Assembly: GCA_910578345.1 (NCBI GenBank)
Contig: CAJTRA010000006.1
Location: 1,382-65,381, forward strand
Reading direction: 5' to 3'
Source: an uncultured Lachnospiraceae bacterium
GTDB taxonomy: Bacteria; Bacillota; Clostridia; Lachnospirales; Lachnospiraceae
Length of the DNA: 64,000 nucleotides
Each line of letters begins with the position of its first letter. Within the stretch, counting starts at the first letter, position 1. Under the pieces are notes generated by a model that was not told where the DNA came from, made no database searches, and worked only from the letters and a program-made list of their open reading frames with translations. The translations under genes and the position numbers were made by a program. Positions 21,453 through 32,133 of the stretch are shown in pieces.

Positions 21453-22544
21453 TTACCGCTTATTCGGGTTATGCTCGTTTTCTTCTTTTGTCTCATAATA
21501 TTCCGGCATGATCTCTTCCACGATCTCCTGGGACAGATCGCGCATACCTTCAAGCCGCTCTTCATAATTATCGATAGTCAGCCGATCCTCTCCCTTTGCC
21601 AGCTTGTCATAGACGACATAGTTGATTTCTTTAGAGAAATGTACCATATCCATATAATGATCCAGATTCGTAATGATTTCCCGATCATCCTGGTAGAAAT
21701 ATACTTCTGCGTTGTCATAGGCAAGCAGCGCTTTGATCGCCTGTTTCTCATTATAGATCACAGCGTCTCTCTCGCCGCTTCGACAGGCGTTATCCCACCA
21801 GAGCATAGAATAGGGAGAGAAGAAGAATTTGAAGGTGGTTTCCGGGTGTGACGCAAGCTGTCTTGTAAGCAGCGTGATATTACCGGCAATCTTTTCCTCG
21901 TTCACAGTTTCCGGCTGCATGTCTTTGACAGACGGAAGCCTTGTGTAAAGTCCCAATGCCAGGTCCTGTCCGAAATATTTCCATTGTGCCCAGTTATAAG
22001 AGTTACCCTCATCATAGTCGCCGATAAAAGAATAGGCAAGCATATAAGGCAGTTTTTCCATCAGGACATCCTTGTTGAGAAGATAAGGATAGTCATTGAG
22101 GGGATTCTTGTCATACAGATACATCGGACAGCCCGTGGATTCATAAGTCGGCTCTGTGCTGGCCGAGAGAGACGACGGATCGATGTTGTAGAACACATAT
22201 TTCAGCTCATGATCCTCATAAGCGTTATCCAACAGATAACACAGGTCTGCGGTAGCGCCATAGGAACGGATCGCCTTGATCGCCGTACAGCCAAATCCCT
22301 CGTCAAACCAGTGATTGTTGTAATTTTCACAGACAGAAGAACCAACGATCAGGGCGTCATAATCAAAAGTGCGCAGCGTGCCGATGCACTGGTATTCTTT
22401 GTCAGTGAGCACCGCTTTGAGTCCCGGCAGCGGTTTGTGGTATTGATAGAAAGGATCAAAGACCACAACAGTCATGATGACCACTGCAAGCAGAAAAATT
22501 GTCCGTATGATAAAAGATTGAATGAATTTTCTATCCGTATTCAT
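21453..22544 (-). CDS. Membrane-anchored SGNH-like protein, probable MBOAT partner
   Basis: N-terminal TM, then DPFYQYH, IVGSS, and YMDMVHF (DxxH). Directly downstream of the MBOAT gene. Confidence 0.7.
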   Translation of the reverse strand: MNTDRKFIQSFIIRTIFLLAVVIMTVVVFDPFYQYHKPLPGLKAVLTDKEYQCIGTLRTFDYDALIVGSSVCENYNNHWFDEGFGCTAIKAIRSYGATADLCYLLDNAYEDHELKYVFYNIDPSSLSASTEPTYESTGCPMYLYDKNPLNDYPYLLNKDVLMEKLPYMLAYSFIGDYDEGNSYNWAQWKYFGQDLALGLYTRLPSVKDMQPETVNEEKIAGNITLLTRQLASHPETTFKFFFSPYSMLWWDNACRSGERDAVIYNEKQAIKALLAYDNAEVYFYQDDREIITNLDHYMDMVHFSKEINYVVYDKLAKGEDRLTIDNYEERLEGMRDLSQEIVEEIMPEYYETKEENEHNPNKR

Positions 22545-22560
22545 TTATTTCCTCTTTTTA

Positions 22561-24072
22561 TTAAAAATTAAAATATAAAAACGTACTGACCTGTGACAGC
22601 GATACAATACACCATACAAACAGAATACAGATCAGCCAGCATCTTCGTGAAGTCAATTCGCCCCGCACAGTCCTCTCATAGGCAGTGGGACGAAATACCA
22701 GAAAGAATGACAATGCAAACAACAGCAGCAGAAAGACCAGATATAGATAGCGGACGAAATCTGGCGCCGCCAGATCGAACATCTGCTTTACCACATACAG
22801 TTCGGAGATATCAAGCTGCGCGGCGATCTCATAGATCTTGCCGTTGTAACTTCCGGAGAACAGGTTTTTGAACAGTTGGATCGCGCCGGCCATACTCTGA
22901 CTTCTGAAGAAGAAGAGGGACAGGTTAAATAAAGTAAAAGTAAAGATCCATCCCAGCCACGGCGGGATATGGAAACGTGCCGGCCGTTTCTCTTCACGGC
23001 CGCTTATGCCAATGATGCCAAGATTGTCCCACACGACCAACAGTCCCTGCATGGCGCCCCAGGCCACATAAGTCCAGGCAGCCCCGTGCCATAGACCGCT
23101 TAAGAGGAAGACAAGAAAAGTATTGAGCAGCATACGCGCCCGGCCCTTACGGCTTCCGCCCAGAGGAATATAGACATAAGTGATGAAAAAACGGGAAAGC
23201 GTGATGTGCCATCTCTGCCAGAATTCTTTGACACTGCAGGAACGGTACGGCGCGTTGAAATTAACGGGTAGTTCTATATTGAACATCCTGCCCAGGCCGA
23301 TCGCCATATCGGAATAACCACTGAAATCAAAGTACAGTTCAAACGTGTAGGCTAAGATCACCGCTACAGTAGAGATACTGTCTAAGGAAAATGTCTGTGC
23401 AAACCCATAATTTGCCACCAGAGCAAACGTATCAGCCAACAGGACCTTTTTCGTAAGTCCAAGCACAAACAGATATATGCCGCGGGCAAAAGAAGATGCG
23501 TCAAAATGCCTGCGGGAGAGATCTTCAAACTGCGGGATCATCTCTTTATATAATACAATGGGTCCTGCAATTAATTGCGGGAAGAAAGTGACAAACGTAA
23601 CATAATTGAGAAGAGAGTAGTGCTTTGACTTCCCAAGGCACCGGTCGATCACAAAAGATAACTGCTGGAAAGTAAAGAAACTGATTCCAAGCGGCAGCAG
23701 TATGTGCTTTAAGGTGTAATCTGTGCGAAAAACATAATTCATATTTTCTATAAAGAAATCGTAATACTTGAAATAGAATAGGATACCAAGATTTAGACCG
23801 ATTCCGGAGAAGAGCCCAATCCGGTACAATGCTTTCCTGTGCATGGTATCCTCATGAATCAGCGTCAGCAGAAAACTGAGCGTGTAATTTAAGCCGATAC
23901 TGATCAGAATGACAGCAAGATAAGATACGTTGAAGTAACCATAAAACCACAAAGACATACCGGCCAGAAAGAGATTGGCCAGCTTGTACTGATGATAATG
24001 ATTACATCCATACCAGCCAAGAAGCACGACTGGCAGGAAGAGGAAGATAAAGATATAGGAATTAAACAGCAT
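22561..24072 (-). CDS. MBOAT O-acyltransferase (AlgI/DltB-like)
   Basis: LPLGISFFTFQ, FFPQLIAGPI, YFDFSGYSDMA, FWQRWHITLS, SGLWHGA, FLYFNF. Confidence 0.93.
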   Translation of the reverse strand: MLFNSYIFIFLFLPVVLLGWYGCNHYHQYKLANLFLAGMSLWFYGYFNVSYLAVILISIGLNYTLSFLLTLIHEDTMHRKALYRIGLFSGIGLNLGILFYFKYYDFFIENMNYVFRTDYTLKHILLPLGISFFTFQQLSFVIDRCLGKSKHYSLLNYVTFVTFFPQLIAGPIVLYKEMIPQFEDLSRRHFDASSFARGIYLFVLGLTKKVLLADTFALVANYGFAQTFSLDSISTVAVILAYTFELYFDFSGYSDMAIGLGRMFNIELPVNFNAPYRSCSVKEFWQRWHITLSRFFITYVYIPLGGSRKGRARMLLNTFLVFLLSGLWHGAAWTYVAWGAMQGLLVVWDNLGIIGISGREEKRPARFHIPPWLGWIFTFTLFNLSLFFFRSQSMAGAIQLFKNLFSGSYNGKIYEIAAQLDISELYVVKQMFDLAAPDFVRYLYLVFLLLLFALSFFLVFRPTAYERTVRGELTSRRCWLICILFVWCIVSLSQVSTFLYFNF

Positions 24073-24206
24073 GGGTAGGAAATGTCCCTTTCTAGGAAAA
24101 ATTTATGATAATATACATATTTTTCTAATTAAAACAAAAACTAATACCGGATATAGTATATCAAATAGGCCGTGCAGAAACAATAAAGAAATATCAGGAG
24201 GTTGTT

Positions 24207-24836
24207 ATGAGAAAAGTGACTACGATCGTTATGGCCGGAATTGTATTCCTGCTGACCGGATGCGAGAATCAACTGCCAGAAGATGAGCTGGTCAACAATG
24301 GACAGGCATTTGAGATGAAGCAGGCGGAAGATGATCTGCAGGCAGGAAATTTTCCGATGCTCGACAGAGAGAAGTTCATACCGCTTACGGAACTGAAAGA
24401 CAATGTCAAAGAGCTGCTGGGGGATAATTACTGGCCGGAAGTAGACTTAACGGAAGAAGAGCTTGCCCAGAAAACCGGCATTACAGAAGAAATGTATGTA
24501 GATTTTCTGGCAGAAAAGCAGGTATTGGATGCCCATATTGACACGATGATCATTATCCAGGCAAAGGAGGCTTATGTGGGGGCGGTGGAGCAGGCGCTGG
24601 AGAATTACCGTTCCGCAATCATAGAAGAAAACCGCGACCATCCTCAGAATCTGGGCAAAGCCATGGCTTCCCGTATGGAAACGATCGACAATTATGTCTG
24701 TTTCGTACAGTTAGGAGCCGATACAACCGCTGTGGCAGGACAGGGGGAAGATCAGCTCATCGCTTTCTGCCAGGAAGAGAACGAACGGGCGCTGTATGTT
24801 TTGGAGCAGGATATTCTGGAACAGCTGCGGGACTGA
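24207..24836 (+). CDS. Lipoprotein (DUF4358-like)
   Basis: Lipobox LLTGC, GGAGG RBS, divergent from the MBOAT gene. Family assignment tentative. Confidence 0.6.
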   Translation: MRKVTTIVMAGIVFLLTGCENQLPEDELVNNGQAFEMKQAEDDLQAGNFPMLDREKFIPLTELKDNVKELLGDNYWPEVDLTEEELAQKTGITEEMYVDFLAEKQVLDAHIDTMIIIQAKEAYVGAVEQALENYRSAIIEENRDHPQNLGKAMASRMETIDNYVCFVQLGADTTAVAGQGEDQLIAFCQEENERALYVLEQDILEQLRD

Positions 24837-25017
24837 TGCAGCGATTATGAAATCTTGCAAATCATGCTCCGAAACGGCAAATTCAGGCATTATGATAGAG
24901 ATTGGGAAGATTATGTCGTAATTTCAGGATGACATAGCCGCAGAGTTTGTGTAAAATAAGAGCTGTTGAAAGATGGCAGTGTGACTTGGATGCCAGCTTA
25001 CCGATGATAAGAAAGGT

Positions 25018-25827
25018 ATGGATGTTAAGATGAAAACAGAACATAGAATGATCAGCCTGATTGCTACAGATTTAGATGGAACACTGCTCAATTCCCGCAA
25101 AGAAGTCCCGGCAGGGTTTGAGCAATGGGTCTGCTGTCATCCTGAGATCAAAATGGTGATTGCCAGCGGCAGACAGTACTATAATATCAGGAAGCTGTTT
25201 GGAAAAGCAGCAGACAGCCTGATCTATCTGGCAGAAAACGGCGGCATGGTAGTGGAGAAGGGGGAAGTGGTCTATACCAATACGATCAGGACAGAAGATG
25301 TCATAACCTGTATCGAACGTTTCCAGGAGAAAGACGGCCATACGGTTATTCTCTGTGGAGAACAGTCGGCATACATGAATCATTCCAGCGAAGACGCAGA
25401 GCGGAATGCGCATATGTATTACGAGAAGCTTAAGTTCACAGATGATCTGAGAGGCTGTATAGAGAAGGATCACATCATCAAGATCGCGGTCTTTATTGGA
25501 GATTATGACGCAGATACATATTATAGGAAATTAGAAAAGCTTAATGACAGATTGAGTGTGGTATTGTCAGGCACCTGCTGGATTGATATCGCCAACAAAG
25601 AGGTCTGCAAGGGCGCCGCGCTTAAGTTCCTGCAGGAGAAATATGGGATAGGCGCCGAAGAGAGCATGGCTTTCGGGGACTTTCTCAATGATGAAAGTCT
25701 GTTGGAACAGTGCACGGAGAGTTATGCTATGAGGAATGGGCACCCCCTCCTGAAAGAGAAGGCGAAGTATATCGCGCCTTCTAATGATGAGGATGGGGTG
25801 ATGAGCGTTCTGCTTGGCTTGTATTAA
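25018..25827 (+). CDS. Cof-type HAD-IIB hydrolase
   Basis: ATDLDGTLL, ASGR, ENG, KGAAL, AFGDFLND. Start may be 25030 or 25048. Confidence 0.92.
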   Translation: MDVKMKTEHRMISLIATDLDGTLLNSRKEVPAGFEQWVCCHPEIKMVIASGRQYYNIRKLFGKAADSLIYLAENGGMVVEKGEVVYTNTIRTEDVITCIERFQEKDGHTVILCGEQSAYMNHSSEDAERNAHMYYEKLKFTDDLRGCIEKDHIIKIAVFIGDYDADTYYRKLEKLNDRLSVVLSGTCWIDIANKEVCKGAALKFLQEKYGIGAEESMAFGDFLNDESLLEQCTESYAMRNGHPLLKEKAKYIAPSNDEDGVMSVLLGLY

Positions 25828-25923
25828 GATAAATTCTTAAGATAGAATTCGGCCAGTCTGCATGACGGAATATTTCAAGTTTCGGATAAACAGTCATGTA
25901 TATTTTCATGAAAAGGAATGACA

Positions 25924-28416
25924 TTAAGTCATATCATCCCTCAGTGCATCGATGATGTTTTCTTTCCGAATTTTGCTGGTGGCATACAACATTGTGAGAA
26001 AGACAATGCAAAATACGCCGAGTATACTGATCGTTATGCTCTTCCATGGGAACTGCCAGGAAAATTCTTCCATACGTTCGCTGGCGGCCATAGCCTTATA
26101 GATCAGCCAGGATAATAGTCCGGCGATGGGTACGCCAAACAGAAGTGTGCGTGTCCCATAGAAGAAACATTCGAAATTCATCATCCGGTCAAAACCCTGT
26201 TCTGACATGCCCACCGAGCGGAGCATGGCAAGTTCCCGCCGCCTGATCTGTATATTCGTGGAGATCGTATGGAATACGTTGGCTACTGCGATCAGGGAGA
26301 TCATCACCACAAAAGCGTAAGTGAACACATCCACCACGAAAGTCAGACTGCGGAACAGATCTACCGCCATAGACAGATTCATCAAGGTATATTCTCTTGT
26401 AATTCCCGCATCGATGATCTCGGACTGGATCCGTGCCATAGTCTGTGCGGGCGTATCCGTCCAGAAAGTAAGCCCCGAATTGGAGGCGCTCTCCAAACCA
26501 ACAAACTCGGCATTCCTCGACCAGGGCACAACCATAATATAAATATACTGCGGCATGGCATCAAAGGGCAGCAGATCCAGCGGATAATAATCCACGATAG
26601 CGGCGCGTACTGTTTTTGTCTGTTTCCCGTCTGGCGCATACAGAGTAAAGGATGCATCCTGTCCCACAAAGTAAGTGATATGTTCCGAGGTATCCAGGGC
26701 AAGCGCCAGTACTTTTCCGTCTTCTGTGCAGTATTCTTCCCTGGCAAATCCCAGGTCCTCAATAAAATCGAAGAAGAGGGTATCTTCTATAAACTGGGCA
26801 TACATCGGAATGTCCTGCTTCTGATCATCCGCGATCCCATTCGCCGTGCATTGATAAGACAGGTTCGACTGCCATGTAGCTTTTCTGACTCCTTCCACAC
26901 TTTTCAACCGGTCATACAGCATCAACAGTTCTTTGTTCGGCATATTCTGGGCATAGAAGGAGATATCTCCATCAACTTCTACCGTCAATGTCTTCGCCAT
27001 CCCTTTGAGGGCACTGCTAAAAACACTGCCTGTTACAAACAGCACCATGCTTAACGTCAGAGATAAGATTACGCTGCGGTAACGGCGTCTGTTGCGGTGG
27101 AAGTTTTTCAATGCCAGCATTCCTTCCAGGCCGAAAATGCGTCCCGCAAAACCGGATGTCTTTCTATTTCTTGCTTTGGTCCTGATCTCGCCGGTCTGTC
27201 GAATGCACTCCATCACCGGTACTCTGGCGGCTTTTCTCGCCGGAATGTAGGCTGACAGCAGGATTGTCATTAGGCTGACCGCGATGGCCGCCGCCAGCGC
27301 CGGAACGGACACAGACAGAGTAAGTGGTACATTGCTTGTGGTGATCGTCGCAAAGTTCTGTGCCACTACCGGTAGGGCAAGAGTCACGCAGCCGATGCCT
27401 GCCGCAACGCCGAACGGGATCCCAAGCGCTCCGATGCAGACAGCCTCGAATAAAACGATACTTCGAAGTTGTCTGGCAGTGGCGCCCACCGACATTAGAA
27501 TGCCAAACTGATGCATTCGCTCATTCAGCGAAATATGAAAAGAGTTATAGATTAGAAACACAGATCCGATCATGATAATAGCCACCAATATCCCGCCTAC
27601 CGTAAACATAGCGGCATTGAACATCCTGTTTTCCGATACCCCGTAAAAGCGCAGGACATCTTCATTCAAAGCAAAAGGAACCGTATCTGTATAAGGGGCA
27701 GTATACGACTTCACCTGTTGTGGGCTTGTCAGTGTCAGAAACAGGCTATAGCATCCTGTCTCCTGCATTTGGGGTGCATCTGCTCTCGTGATCACCGTAT
27801 AACCTGGTGCATCGTGCTCTTCAAATCCTGCCCTTTCATAAATTCCTACCACTGTGTAGGTCATCTTTGCTACGGGATCAAGGCGCTCTCCTTCGATGAA
27901 GCGGTCATGCTGGGTCAGCGCCTTTTCATCCATCTCACGGCGGCCCACTGCAAGGGTTAACCGTTCTCCGATCGGGATTCGTATTCCTGCTTTGACGGAA
28001 ATATGGTTGGGGATCAGTATTTCCATTTCATTCCGGGGAAGTCTGCCGGAAATAAGCGTCACTGGCAGGTGGTCAAAGGTTTCGGCCTGAAAACCTGCCA
28101 GAAACAGATACGGTTTTTCGCTGCTTTTTGCCCCATCTAACAGGGCATATCCGATATTTTCAAAAGAAATCCCTTCCGTAACCTGAGGATCCTGCATCCG
28201 CTCCTGCAGAAAGTCCTCATCCACATCCACGAAATCAATGTACCAGCCTCCATACTTGTCGATGGAGTCATTGATCAGATATTGCAGAAGTGATGTGCCA
28301 AATGTCGCCACCGTGGTAAACAGCGTGGCGGACAGAAATACACCGATTACAGTCACGAAGGTGCGGGTGCGGTTTTTTCGAAGCCCTTCCAGAGCTGTTT
28401 TATGAAAAATATTCAT
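25924..28416 (-). CDS. ABC exporter permease with two FtsX domains
   Basis: IYNSFHISLNERMHQFGILMSVGAT and RRRELAMLRSVGM FtsX motifs, large extracellular loops. ATGA overlap with the ATPase gene. Confidence 0.9.
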   Translation of the reverse strand: MNIFHKTALEGLRKNRTRTFVTVIGVFLSATLFTTVATFGTSLLQYLINDSIDKYGGWYIDFVDVDEDFLQERMQDPQVTEGISFENIGYALLDGAKSSEKPYLFLAGFQAETFDHLPVTLISGRLPRNEMEILIPNHISVKAGIRIPIGERLTLAVGRREMDEKALTQHDRFIEGERLDPVAKMTYTVVGIYERAGFEEHDAPGYTVITRADAPQMQETGCYSLFLTLTSPQQVKSYTAPYTDTVPFALNEDVLRFYGVSENRMFNAAMFTVGGILVAIIMIGSVFLIYNSFHISLNERMHQFGILMSVGATARQLRSIVLFEAVCIGALGIPFGVAAGIGCVTLALPVVAQNFATITTSNVPLTLSVSVPALAAAIAVSLMTILLSAYIPARKAARVPVMECIRQTGEIRTKARNRKTSGFAGRIFGLEGMLALKNFHRNRRRYRSVILSLTLSMVLFVTGSVFSSALKGMAKTLTVEVDGDISFYAQNMPNKELLMLYDRLKSVEGVRKATWQSNLSYQCTANGIADDQKQDIPMYAQFIEDTLFFDFIEDLGFAREEYCTEDGKVLALALDTSEHITYFVGQDASFTLYAPDGKQTKTVRAAIVDYYPLDLLPFDAMPQYIYIMVVPWSRNAEFVGLESASNSGLTFWTDTPAQTMARIQSEIIDAGITREYTLMNLSMAVDLFRSLTFVVDVFTYAFVVMISLIAVANVFHTISTNIQIRRRELAMLRSVGMSEQGFDRMMNFECFFYGTRTLLFGVPIAGLLSWLIYKAMAASERMEEFSWQFPWKSITISILGVFCIVFLTMLYATSKIRKENIIDALRDDMT

Positions 28417-29144
28417 GCCTGCACCTCCGTTTCCTTTTCGGTGGAGGCAATCCATAAAGATTTTGCAGTCTGCCGCTCATCCCGCACAACTTTACCGTCC
28501 GCAATACTGATCATGCGGTCCGCCTGCAGGGCAATATTCTCGTCATGGGTCACGATGATCAATGACTGATGATATCTGCTGTGGCTTTCTTTCAGAAGAC
28601 GAATGATCTCCTGCCCGTTCCGGCTGTCCAGACTGCCGGTCGGTTCATCCGCCAGCATGACTGCCGGCGCGTTCATCAGTGCCCGTCCAATGGCGACTCT
28701 CTGCTGCTGCCCGCCGGAAAGCTGATTGGGCAGATGGGTTTTCCTGTCCTGCAGCCCCAACAGTTCCAGCAGATCTTCCAACCGCTTCGTATTGACTTTT
28801 CTTCTATCCATGAGAATAGGCAGGGTGATATTCTCCACCACGTTCAGGGTAGGGATCAGATTATGGAATTGGTAGATCAGGCCTACCTGCCGCCTGCGGA
28901 AGATGGCCAGCTTCTCGTTGCTTTGGGCGTAGATGTCCTGTCCGTCCAGATAGATCTTCCCGCTGGTGGGAACGTCCACGCCGGCGATGGCGTGAAGCAA
29001 AGTAGATTTACCGGATCCGGAAGTGCCGGTAATCGCGGTGAAGTCTCCTTTCTCGATCGTCAGCGATACATGGTCTAAGGCTATGACCTTATTATTGCCT
29101 GTTCCATATTCTTTACACAGGTCCTCGATTTTTAAAAACTCCAT
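28413..29144 (-). CDS. ABC exporter ATP-binding protein (LolD/MacB-like)
   Basis: [35 protein letters not shown]. Confidence 0.95.
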   Translation of the reverse strand: MEFLKIEDLCKEYGTGNNKVIALDHVSLTIEKGDFTAITGTSGSGKSTLLHAIAGVDVPTSGKIYLDGQDIYAQSNEKLAIFRRRQVGLIYQFHNLIPTLNVVENITLPILMDRRKVNTKRLEDLLELLGLQDRKTHLPNQLSGGQQQRVAIGRALMNAPAVMLADEPTGSLDSRNGQEIIRLLKESHSRYHQSLIIVTHDENIALQADRMISIADGKVVRDERQTAKSLWIASTEKETEVQA

Positions 29145-29178
29145 TCTATGAGCCTCCTTCTGTTTACTATATACTCAT

Positions 29179-29232
29179 ATCATAGAAGTCTGCCCTTACT
29201 TTTCCGTGACTTTTGCGTGACAGATCCGTCAC
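29179..29232 (-). promoter_or_regulatory. ABC exporter promoter with 11-bp-periodic OmpR-type direct repeats
   Basis: Minus strand GTGAC-N6-GTCAC-N6-GTCAC-N6-GTAAG (29232-29195) over the -35 region; -10 TATGAT at 29184-29179. Confidence 0.6.
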
Positions 29233-30263
29233 TTTTTGATATCAGTAGGAAAGTGCGTGAACCGAATCTGAAAAACAGCGCCGCCCTGGGGATGGTTTTT
29301 CGCAGAAACAGTCCCGCCCTGTTCCATAATAATGGTTCGGCAGAGGGCAAGTCCAATACCATATCCCGTGGCATGTCCCATGTTTTCATGATTCTCTTCT
29401 TTATATTTCCCCTGATAGAAACGTTCAAACAGATATGGAAGATCCTCTTCAGAAAATCCTGCGCCGTCATCGTGAATGATGATCTCCGTAAATAGTGGAT
29501 TGTTCTCGCAGGTGATCTCGATCTGTCCATTATCTCCTACACTCTCTATACTGTTCTTGATGATATTGCGGAAAGCTTCTGCAAGCCACTTAAGGTCGCC
29601 TGAAACTGCCGCCTCCTCCGGAATATCGGTTCGTACCCGGATATCATGCAGATCCATGGAGACAAACAGAGGGCGAAGCGCCGCCGACAGCAGATCCTTT
29701 ACCTTGATCTGTTCTTTCTGGAAGACCACGATCTTTGCGTCCAGACGGGACAATTTCAACAAAGAGGTCAGCAAGAAGTCTGTTTGTTCAAGCAGTGCTC
29801 CGGCTTCCCGCAGCAGCGCTTTCTGATTCTTTTGATCGGTATCCTTTTCCACCAGAGAGAGGATGATATTCACTGAAGTAAGCGGTGTGCGCAGCTGATG
29901 GGCGACATCAGCCAGGGAATCAGCCAGGTGCTCTTTTTCATTTCGAAGCGCCTCGTTCTGCTCCCGAATGCGCAGTGTCATCTTCACGATCTCACTGTGC
30001 AGAATGGAAAGTTCTCCCTCCTCGGCTTCCCCGATCTTAAGTCTTTCATCGTTGTGCAGTACCCGGTCGATCTGTTCCGAAAGCCGGGCAATGCGCCGGT
30101 AGCGTTTCCTCGTAATGACAAAGAACAGTGTCCCTGACAGCCCGGCCATGACAAATACAAGAACGCCTGATAAGGGACTGATTGTGTAACCTGCCGTGGT
30201 GAGGATAAGGGTCATGGAAAGAAACCACAGCACCGCCTGCCTGATCTCCTTATTTCGCATCAT
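29229..30263 (-). CDS. Sensor histidine kinase (intramembrane-sensing type)
   Basis: Two close N-terminal TM; H-box DVAHQLRTPL, N-box NIIKNS, DDGAG, FERFY, GIGL. Confidence 0.93.
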   Translation of the reverse strand: MMRNKEIRQAVLWFLSMTLILTTAGYTISPLSGVLVFVMAGLSGTLFFVITRKRYRRIARLSEQIDRVLHNDERLKIGEAEEGELSILHSEIVKMTLRIREQNEALRNEKEHLADSLADVAHQLRTPLTSVNIILSLVEKDTDQKNQKALLREAGALLEQTDFLLTSLLKLSRLDAKIVVFQKEQIKVKDLLSAALRPLFVSMDLHDIRVRTDIPEEAAVSGDLKWLAEAFRNIIKNSIESVGDNGQIEITCENNPLFTEIIIHDDGAGFSEEDLPYLFERFYQGKYKEENHENMGHATGYGIGLALCRTIIMEQGGTVSAKNHPQGGAVFQIRFTHFPTDIKK

Positions 30264-30945
30264 AACTGCCTCCCAGCCGGTATCCTGTGCCCCGGACGGT
30301 CAGGATGATCTGTGGGTTTGCGGGGTCGTCCTCGATCTTTTCCCGCAGTCTCTTGATATAGACGGTCAGGGTATTGTTATTGACAAATTCTCCGGCGGCG
30401 TCCCACAACTCATCAAGCAGCCGCTCTCTCGTGAGGATGATCCGGGGATTATTGATAAATACTAACAGCAGACGATATTCCAGCGCGGACAGGAATACTT
30501 CGCCGCCATTCTTCTTCACAATGCCGCTGGCGGTATCCACGGTAAGCCCGTTGTTTGTAAAAGCAGCAGGGCTGCGATCGGCGCACCGCAGAGCGGCCTT
30601 GATCCTTGCCACCAGTTCCCGCGGCCGGAAAGGCTTTGTCACATAGTCGTCCGCTCCTATATTTAGTCCCGTGACGACACTGGCCTCATCGCCGGAGGCA
30701 GTCAGAAAGATAACAGGAATATCCTGGCTTTGCTTGATCTGTGTGCAGATGGCGAAGCCGTTGCCGTCCGGTAGGGAAATATCCACCAGGGCCAGGTCAA
30801 ATTTGTTCTCTGCAAGCATGGCGGCGGCCTTCTTTTGGGTGGCAGCGCAGCTTATTGCAAACCCTTCCGACTGCAGCAGAAGCGTAAGGTTTTTGGAGAT
30901 TGCTTTATCGTCTTCGATCAGAAATATCTTTTTCATGTTTATCAT
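30250..30945 (-). CDS. OmpR-family response regulator
   Basis: IEDD, DISLPDGNG, GADDYVTKPF, VYIKRLREKIE, TVRGTGY. Confidence 0.95.
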   Translation of the reverse strand: MINMKKIFLIEDDKAISKNLTLLLQSEGFAISCAATQKKAAAMLAENKFDLALVDISLPDGNGFAICTQIKQSQDIPVIFLTASGDEASVVTGLNIGADDYVTKPFRPRELVARIKAALRCADRSPAAFTNNGLTVDTASGIVKKNGGEVFLSALEYRLLLVFINNPRIILTRERLLDELWDAAGEFVNNNTLTVYIKRLREKIEDDPANPQIILTVRGTGYRLGGSYDAK

Positions 30946-30999
30946 TATGCTCCTATTTTATGGAATGTTTCTTTTCAGATGTCTGTACGGTCAAGTCTA

Positions 31000-31848
31000 T
31001 TATTTCGCAACATGTTCATTCCGCCACTGCCGCGGAGAGATCCCATAGACATTTTTGAATGCTCTGGAGAAATGCAGTTGGTTTGGATAGCCGACTGCAT
31101 TTCCTATGTCTGCGATTGACAGTTGCGTCAGCCGCAGCAGTTCAGTAGCTTTGGACATGCGGTAGGAGATGAGAAATTCCTGGGGTGATTTTCCCATATT
31201 TTCGTGGAAGATCTTGCCGAAATAGCTCCTGTTTAGACCACAGGCGGCGGCAATGTCCTCCACGGAAATGTCGTTCTGAAAATTCTGTTCGATGAAAGAA
31301 AAGGCTTCCTTAATATAGAAATCCCGCAGATTATTTCCTTTGCTGATTTCAGAGGAAAAGGCGGAGCGCATAAAGCTGTCGATGAAGAGAAAGAGATGCC
31401 CGATCAGATGGAAAGGGGATTCATTCTTGTGATTGACAATATAGAGCATTTCCGATTTCATCGTATCTGCGATATCCTTGTATCGTGCCTTGTAAATGGG
31501 TTGATTGGGACTTAAACCAGTCAGTTCTACCGTTTCCTTGGCGCGCAGTCCGTCGAATTCAAGCCAGACATATTCCCAGGGGATTTCGTGGTCCGCTATG
31601 TAGGTACAGACCTGATGGGGAAAAAGCATAAACCCCTGGCCGCTCATTACCTGGTATTGTATGGATTTACCCTGGGTATTCTCGGCATAGAGGGTGCCGG
31701 TGCCGGACAGGCAGTAGTGGAACAGATAATGGTTTCTGGCGGCAGGACCGAAGGAGTGGGAAGGATCGCATTGTTCCCATCCGAATTGGTACAGTCCCAG
31801 ATCGACAAAATTTTCACTTGGAAAAACAGAAAAGATCACTTCGCTCAT
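31000..31848 (-). CDS. AraC-family regulator (MsmR-like)
   Basis: Cupin N-terminus (HSFGP..RNHYLFHY) plus double HTH (VGYPNQLHFSRAFK). Divergent from the sugar ABC/alpha-galactosidase operon. Confidence 0.92.
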   Translation of the reverse strand: MSEVIFSVFPSENFVDLGLYQFGWEQCDPSHSFGPAARNHYLFHYCLSGTGTLYAENTQGKSIQYQVMSGQGFMLFPHQVCTYIADHEIPWEYVWLEFDGLRAKETVELTGLSPNQPIYKARYKDIADTMKSEMLYIVNHKNESPFHLIGHLFLFIDSFMRSAFSSEISKGNNLRDFYIKEAFSFIEQNFQNDISVEDIAAACGLNRSYFGKIFHENMGKSPQEFLISYRMSKATELLRLTQLSIADIGNAVGYPNQLHFSRAFKNVYGISPRQWRNEHVAK

Positions 31849-32133
31849 ACATTTCCTCCTTTTAAAAATGTATCTGCCAAATTTTATCTGTGCCTTGTTT
31901 TTTTAATAAACGGCATGAAAGTTGATATGACTATAAAAAGTCAGGTAATTTTTATAAAAGGTTAATGAAAAGTTTAAAGTATTTATAAATTATTATATAC
32001 CAAAATGCTAGCTGATTTCAAATAATTGGTATAAATACAGTATAAAGGTATATAACATCCAATATAAGGCTATTTATTGACAGCAAAATGGTATGTTACA
32101 ATGCAAATATCAAATCAGGGAAGGAGATAAGCT

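Noticed and set aside
25924..30945. TCS plus ABC block as a mobile element or vancomycin-resistance locus
   Set aside because: No integrase, transposase or terminal repeats, and no van ligase/dehydrogenase genes.
32030..32102. TTGACA (32077) and TACAAT (32097) as a canonical promoter, plus TATAA repeats
   Set aside because: The spacer is only 14 bp. An extended -10, AraC-activated promoter is plausible, but repeats in such AT-rich DNA are not convincing.
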